Source of the DNA: Candidatus Thorarchaeota archaeon
GTDB lineage: Archaea > Asgardarchaeota > Thorarchaeia > Thorarchaeales > Thorarchaeaceae
Direction of reading: 5' to 3'
DNA length: 64,000 nt
Assembly (NCBI GenBank): GCA_046758445.1
Contig: JBHIAE010000003.1
Coordinates: 32,001-96,000 of the forward strand
A program made the translations under genes and the position numbers. Shown here piece after piece: positions 59,323 through 64,000 of the stretch (within the stretch, counting starts at the first letter, position 1; every line of letters begins with the position of its first letter). The notes under the pieces were generated by a model. The model had not been told where the DNA came from. It worked only from the letters and a program-made list of their open reading frames with translations, and ran no database searches.

Positions 59323-59426
59323 TGGAGCCCCGGGCGGGATTTTCGGCATCGCAAGAATGTTTCAGCTTTCGAACCCGCGATCTATTGCTTACGAGGCAAT
59401 CGCCGTAGCCGCTTGGCCACCGGGGC
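59323..59426 (-). tRNA. tRNA-Thr (CGU) with a 28-nt intron (59340-59367) in the T loop
   Basis: GCCCCGG acceptor, ATTGC-CTCGTAA-GCAAT anticodon arm; intron removal gives a 76-nt tRNA with TTCGAAT loop; bulge-helix-bulge motif present. Confidence 0.92.
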
Positions 59427-59506
59427 ATGTTTCACGCGGAGTCCGCTCGTGAGCGTTAATAAAAGTTTATCATGAACAGAAATCGACTTGCACCGGAGGT
59501 CTCCGA

Positions 59507-60499
59507 ATGACAATGGGTGAAATGGGAGAACGTCAGTTTCTAAGGAGCATTCGTGATCTTGTTGGTGAGATAGATGGGGCACGGCTAGGTTTTGACGATG
59601 ATGCCTCAGACATTCCATTTACTGATGACAAGAGTCTCGTGATCAATGTTGACACCCTTGTCGGGAAGACTGATTGGCTTCCGGGAATGACAGAGGCGCA
59701 GGTGGGACGAAAGACAGCAGTGATGGCATTGAGTGACTTGATTGCTAAGGGGGCATCACCTGTTGCTACGATGTTGTCTCTCTGTGTTCCGCAGGACTTT
59801 GAGGCAGTTGCAGCCCAAGAATTGATGCGTGGCTTCTCTCAATACTGCTTGAAATCCCGCGTCCCTTTCATCGGTGGTGATGTTGGATCCTCCAATGATG
59901 TCATACTTACAGGAGTTGCCATCGGATTAGCTAACCCAGATGGAATCATAGCAAGGGGCGGTGCCAGAAGCGGTGACATAGTAGCAGTCACTGGAAAGTT
60001 CGGCCTGACTTCTGTGGCCTTTGAGATCCTTCTGAACGGAAGGAAGGCAGAGGACAACCTCAAGAGCAGGGCGCTTGGTGCTGCATACAAACCTGACATC
60101 CACCATGGATTTGTTTCTGCGCTTGTCAAGAAAAGGGCGGTCACCTCATCCATGGACAGTAGCGATGGTCTCGCGATTACACTAAACACTATGGCGGCAC
60201 ATAGCAAGCTCTCCTTCCTGATAGAACACTTACCTATCGCTGAAGATGTGACCCACTTTGCCAAAGACATCGATGTCCAAGAAAGGAAGTTGGTATTGGA
60301 AGGCGGAGAGGAGTTCATTCTTGTGCTAACTATCCCGCATGACCGCTGGGACGATGCGCTAGGGGTTGCGCGAAAGACACACACTCCTCTCTGGAGAATA
60401 GGACATGCTCGAGAGGGCGAAGGTGTACAATTAGAAACTTCAGAAGGGTATGTTGAGATCCCGCCGAAGGGCTATGACAACTTCAGGGAGTGGGAATGA
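59507..60499 (+). CDS. thiL: thiamine-monophosphate kinase
   Basis: GERQFL, DDDAS, LSDLIAKG, GGD, MDSSDGL, GGEEF.LV.T. Confidence 0.92.
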   Translation: MTMGEMGERQFLRSIRDLVGEIDGARLGFDDDASDIPFTDDKSLVINVDTLVGKTDWLPGMTEAQVGRKTAVMALSDLIAKGASPVATMLSLCVPQDFEAVAAQELMRGFSQYCLKSRVPFIGGDVGSSNDVILTGVAIGLANPDGIIARGGARSGDIVAVTGKFGLTSVAFEILLNGRKAEDNLKSRALGAAYKPDIHHGFVSALVKKRAVTSSMDSSDGLAITLNTMAAHSKLSFLIEHLPIAEDVTHFAKDIDVQERKLVLEGGEEFILVLTIPHDRWDDALGVARKTHTPLWRIGHAREGEGVQLETSEGYVEIPPKGYDNFREWE

Positions 60500-62219
60500 G
60501 CTGGACAGGGTAGTGATTGTTGATGGCTATGTAGATGAGCCCACATGTCTAGGTGTTCCGCCCTACATCAGTCCCTACCCAAGATACATAGCTGGTGCAA
60601 TTTGGACAGAGTCTCCGAGAACAGAGGTCCTCTACCAGACCATAGATGAACTTCGCAAGATGAGAGATCCTCAGCATAAGTGGGCAGACGCAGACATGCT
60701 ACTCTTGATTGCTGGAATGATCGTGCCTGGTAAGTACCTCGGCGGCACTCCGATATCAGTCAGGGAGGCGAAGCGTCTATTCTCAGATTCAAGGATTGAG
60801 GACGTTCCCAAGCTGCTTGTTGGACCCTGGGCACGATTCGGTTGTGGTCTTGAAGGTGGGCGTCTGGCTCTCAGCTCGGAAATCCTCTCCCCGCCGTTTG
60901 ACTACATCGTGTCCGGTGATTCTGAGGTGGTCTTGGCTGACATCATGAAGGCGGACGGCGACATCTCCGCAGTGGACATTGCCGCGGAGAGAGAAATCTT
61001 GGAAGATGTCCAGGAGTATTCAGTGCGTGGAGCACAGTTGATACCGCAGCATCCGGGATACAAGCGAGGGTACATGATATGTGAGATTGAAACGTACAGG
61101 GGCTGTCCCCGATATATCACAGGCGGCTGTTCATTCTGCACTGAACCACTCTACGGGCAGCCGAAGCAGAGGAAAGAGTCTGACATTGCGAAGGAAGTCG
61201 AGGCTCTCTATCGTCAAGGTGTCAGAGCATTTCGCATCGGCAATCAGGCAGACCTGTTCACCTACGGATCCAAAGAGATAGGTGACGAAGAGTTTCCGAA
61301 GCCCAACCCGGCCGCCATTAATGGTCTGTTCAGAAAGATACGCTCAGTTGCGTCACAGGTGCAGGTCCTCCACATAGACAATGTGAACCCTGGCACTATA
61401 GCTCACCATCCAAATGAGAGTAGAGAAGTGGCCAAGACAATCGTCAAACATCACACTACTGGAGACGTGGCAGCGTTTGGAGTGGAGTCATTGGATCCCG
61501 AAGTGGCCAGACGGAATAACCTGAAGGCTAACGAGGAAGAGGTGATGGATGCAGTCCGCCTCCTTAATGAGATTGGAGGTCAACGGTCTTCATGGGAGCT
61601 ACCTCATCTTCTGCCAGGAATCAATCTTCTGTATGGCCTTCCTGGAGAGAGCAATAGAACACTTGAGCACAACATCTCGTTTCTTGAGCGTCTAGTTGAA
61701 GAGAATCTCATCGTGCGCAGGATAAACATCAGGCAGGTGATTGGCTTCGCTGGAACTCGAGTCGGGAGCGAAACATGGAAGGTCATAAAGAAACACGAGT
61801 TCTTCCAACATAAGAAGAGGGTAAGGGAAACAATAGACGTTGAGATGATGAAACGTGTAGCTCCCTATGGCACTGTCATTCGCTCTGCATTTCTCGAGGA
61901 GCAGAGAGGGAACAATCACCTCTTGCGTCCCTTAGGGACCTACCCGCTACTATGCTACATGCCAGATGGGCGAAGCCCCGGTGCAGTGACCAATGTCTTC
62001 GTCGTTGATCATGGCCCAAGGTCTCTCAGAGCATTACCTTATCCATTCAAGGTTAGAAGGGCCTCTCTGGCACAATGGAGGGCTGTACCAGGGATAGGTT
62101 CCAAGCGGGCGGCACGGATAAAGGCGGTTTCGCCCCCTGATAGCGCACGTGAGCTTGAAACATATCTTGACACACACTTACCAGAATGGTTCAAACGCAC
62201 TCTGGATTTCGAGGACTAG
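60474..62219 (+). CDS. archaeal radical SAM protein with C-terminal HhH motif
   Basis: DGYVDEP.CLGVPPY, ETYRGCPRYITGGCSFC, LHIDNVNP, RRINIRQV, VPGIGSKRA. Confidence 0.88.
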   Translation: MTTSGSGNELDRVVIVDGYVDEPTCLGVPPYISPYPRYIAGAIWTESPRTEVLYQTIDELRKMRDPQHKWADADMLLLIAGMIVPGKYLGGTPISVREAKRLFSDSRIEDVPKLLVGPWARFGCGLEGGRLALSSEILSPPFDYIVSGDSEVVLADIMKADGDISAVDIAAEREILEDVQEYSVRGAQLIPQHPGYKRGYMICEIETYRGCPRYITGGCSFCTEPLYGQPKQRKESDIAKEVEALYRQGVRAFRIGNQADLFTYGSKEIGDEEFPKPNPAAINGLFRKIRSVASQVQVLHIDNVNPGTIAHHPNESREVAKTIVKHHTTGDVAAFGVESLDPEVARRNNLKANEEEVMDAVRLLNEIGGQRSSWELPHLLPGINLLYGLPGESNRTLEHNISFLERLVEENLIVRRINIRQVIGFAGTRVGSETWKVIKKHEFFQHKKRVRETIDVEMMKRVAPYGTVIRSAFLEEQRGNNHLLRPLGTYPLLCYMPDGRSPGAVTNVFVVDHGPRSLRALPYPFKVRRASLAQWRAVPGIGSKRAARIKAVSPPDSARELETYLDTHLPEWFKRTLDFED

Positions 62220-62254
62220 TTTCTGGAAGTTACGTTGTCTTAGAATGAGTCGCA

Positions 62255-62332
62255 TGGCGGGCCCGGCCGGATTTGAACCGGCGATCTCTAACTTAGAAGG
62301 CTAGCGCCTTATCCAGGCTAGGCAACGGGCCC
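62255..62332 (-). tRNA. tRNA-Arg (UCU), CCA encoded
   Basis: GGGCCCG acceptor, CTAGC-CTTCTAA-GTTAG anticodon arm, GCCGG-TTCAAAT-CCGGC T arm. Confidence 0.96.
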
Positions 62333-62475
62333 ATTCACATTTGGGTCAATTCTGTTCTGACATAAAGCTTTCCGCCCGGACTCTTGGTTCAGACGCAAGG
62401 ATGTATGTGATGGCCCGGGAACTCGCCAGAGCTCCCGAACCTGGGGGTGTGTGTGAAACCGGGGCTGTCACCCGT

Positions 62476-62733
62476 TCAGATTACAAAAGAAGGCGGATAC
62501 ATTACAAAGTACTGGACTACAATTGAGAGTAGAATTCCACTAAAGACCAAGCTTCTGCCTCTCTTCATATTGACTTCTGTGAACCAGAGTATTGCACCGA
62601 CGAGGACAACTATCACACCTGACAACCTGCCAATGAAGATGAGAAAGTCCCAGATCTCTGCAAGATACGTGGTTATCATGTTCACAAAATCGGTCAAAGG
62701 ACTCAGTAGCTGGACGTGTTGCACGCGTCTCAC
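62476..62733 (-). CDS. small membrane protein, VirB2/pilin-like TM hairpin
   Basis: VLVGAILWFTEVNMKRGRSLVFSGILL; start uncertain (ATG 62679 possible). Confidence 0.62.
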   Translation of the reverse strand: MRRVQHVQLLSPLTDFVNMITTYLAEIWDFLIFIGRLSGVIVVLVGAILWFTEVNMKRGRSLVFSGILLSIVVQYFVMYPPSFVI

Positions 62734-62809
62734 CGCTATATCATTCTACATGTGCAATTTAAGGTCCTGAAGAACTACAGACAGGGCACGAGCCCAAGCG
62801 CGAGGAAGT

Positions 62810-63598
62810 CTATGGTTGTCGTTTCTCCAGACCATCACAGAAGGCCAAGATGTTCTTCCCGAGATCTTGGAAGTTATATCCTCCCTCTAGCAGCCCATAA
62901 CGACGACCCTCACATCTCTCCATAGCGAAATCATGCATGAGCTCTCCAATTCTCTTGAAAGCGCCAGTCGAGAGATTAGACCCCCAGTCGTCTATATACT
63001 GGTCAAACCCGGCTGAGGCAACAATGATGTCGCTATCAGGACTTGCATCGAGTGCCCTCTTCACGTCTGCCAGGTAGTCCTCGTCACCGTGACCCCGTGG
63101 GTTGTGAATCACGAAATCCTTGTCATGTCCTAGGATGTTGATGTTGCCGTCACCGGTATGAAGGTCAAAGTCGAGGATGAAGGCCGACTGTATGCGCCCG
63201 GTCGCTCTTAGATGGAGTAGAGAAACAGCTACATTATTGAAGTAACAGAAGCCCCAAGAGCTATCCCAGGATGCGTGGTGTCCCGGTGGGCGAATCAACC
63301 CAAAAGCAGGTTGACCCTCAATAGCAATCTCTGCTGTCAGAATCGCTCCCCCTGCGGCGAGTGCTGACATCTCGTACAATAGATTCCTGCTTGAGAATCC
63401 GCTGTTTCTCTTTATCCTCTCAAGATGGTCGGCCCCATGTGATCGCAAAATCTGTTCTTCTGTTGCTGGGACAGGCTCAACGAACTGATAGTCAGGGTGC
63501 TTCCCAAGAATCTCCACGGCTGTGTCCAGTCGTCCAGGAGCTCCCGCCGGAGTGCCGTCATAAGACTCCTTCATTAATGGATGATAGACAATCTTCAC
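62810..63598 (-). CDS. histone deacetylase family protein
   Basis: RPPGHHA, GFCYFNN, DFDLHTGDG, SAGFD, LEGGY. Confidence 0.93.
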   Translation of the reverse strand: MKIVYHPLMKESYDGTPAGAPGRLDTAVEILGKHPDYQFVEPVPATEEQILRSHGADHLERIKRNSGFSSRNLLYEMSALAAGGAILTAEIAIEGQPAFGLIRPPGHHASWDSSWGFCYFNNVAVSLLHLRATGRIQSAFILDFDLHTGDGNINILGHDKDFVIHNPRGHGDEDYLADVKRALDASPDSDIIVASAGFDQYIDDWGSNLSTGAFKRIGELMHDFAMERCEGRRYGLLEGGYNFQDLGKNILAFCDGLEKRQP

Positions 63599-63660
63599 AG
63601 GACATGCTCTGTAACTGGCGGCATATGTTTGTGTGGGTCAGTTATTGGAGAAACAGTGGT

Positions 63661-63689
63661 GAGCGGACGGGCTCGCGACCCGTCCGTTC
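63661..63689. other. strong GC-rich hairpin downstream of rpl12
   Basis: GAGCGGACGGG-CTCGCGA-CCCGTCCGTTC. Confidence 0.5.
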
Positions 63690-63727
63690 TCCCGAATGAG
63701 GGATGGACTAAATGCTTTGAGTCCACT

Positions 63728-64000
63728 TTAGCCGAAGAGGCTTCCGAGACCGGCCACCTCTTCCTCCTCTTTCTCTTCTTCCTTCTTCTTTTTCTTCTTC
63801 TCCTTAGCGGCAGGTGCTGCCTGAGCAGCGCCGCCAGCTGCGGGTGCTGCAGCAACTGCAACAGGCATTGCTGCACCCTTCAAAGCCTCATCAATGTCCA
63901 CGCCCTTCAGGGCCGCAAGAAGTGCCTTGACTCTTCCCTTGTCAGCCTTCACACCTGCTGCGGTGAGCACGGCTTCTATATTCTTGGCGTTGACCTTCTG
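63728..64000 (-). CDS. rpl12: 50S ribosomal stalk protein P1/L12 (5' truncated by window edge)
   Basis: [17 protein letters not shown], Ala-rich hinge, [14 protein letters not shown]-terminus. Confidence 0.96.
   Translation of the reverse strand, partial: QKVNAKNIEAVLTAAGVKADKGRVKALLAALKGVDIDEALKGAAMPVAVAAAPAAGGAAQAAPAAKEKKKKKKEEEKEEEEVAGLGSLFG

Noticed and set aside
62400-63700. SECIS elements in the hairpins at 62408-62470 and 63661-63689
   Set aside because: They lack the tandem GA/GA core or GAA/A loop, and no gene with a conserved in-frame TGA was found nearby
7010-63876. Numerous antisense or overlapping ORFs in the track (e.g. 7372..7941, 9374..9979, 11056..11607, 37666..38274, 41633..42175, 46137..46571, 47853..48158, 59839..60384, 63595..63876)
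   Set aside because: They are shadows of well-supported genes or tRNAs, with no recognisable motifs
1-64000. CRISPR array, rRNA or integrase genes
   Set aside because: No regularly spaced repeats, rRNA signatures or recombinase motifs were seen

Overview
Gene-dense archaeal chromosomal region, most likely Asgard (Thorarchaeia-like). This is inferred from the archaeal information-processing genes together with a ribophorin I-like eukaryotic signature protein. Most of the window is housekeeping: translation and ribosome biogenesis (rpl10e, srp54, ef1b, eif2b, nmd3, eif1a, rio1, KH/Dim2, rpl12, tRNA modification enzymes), replication and repair (fen, RPA2-like, hef, top6B/A, udg), cdc48, a split A/V-type ATP synthase cluster (F-A-udg-membrane protein-B), deoC-aor, gcvPA/PB and N-glycosylation genes. 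Four tRNA genes lie on the minus strand: Gln-UUG, Leu-GAG, Thr-CGU and Arg-UCU. Best candidates for follow-up: (1) a 998-aa ribophorin I-like membrane protein whose N-terminal DOMON-like domain carries an inserted FKBP-like domain, transcribed divergently from aglH/DPAGT1; (2) a tnpB-only IS200/IS605 element with one in-frame amber stop, whose predicted guide seed matches its own left end, which is also the host GTPase promoter; (3) a 1.7 kb integrase-free islet at tRNA-Gln carrying a Panacea/SocA-like plus PIN-like pair; (4) tRNA-Thr with a 28-nt BHB intron at non-canonical position 59/60; (5) two VirB2/CedA-like pilin candidates; (6) DeoC with a CxxC-x21-CxxC tail immediately upstream of a tungsten AOR. 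All calls are by motif recognition by eye; no database searches were run.
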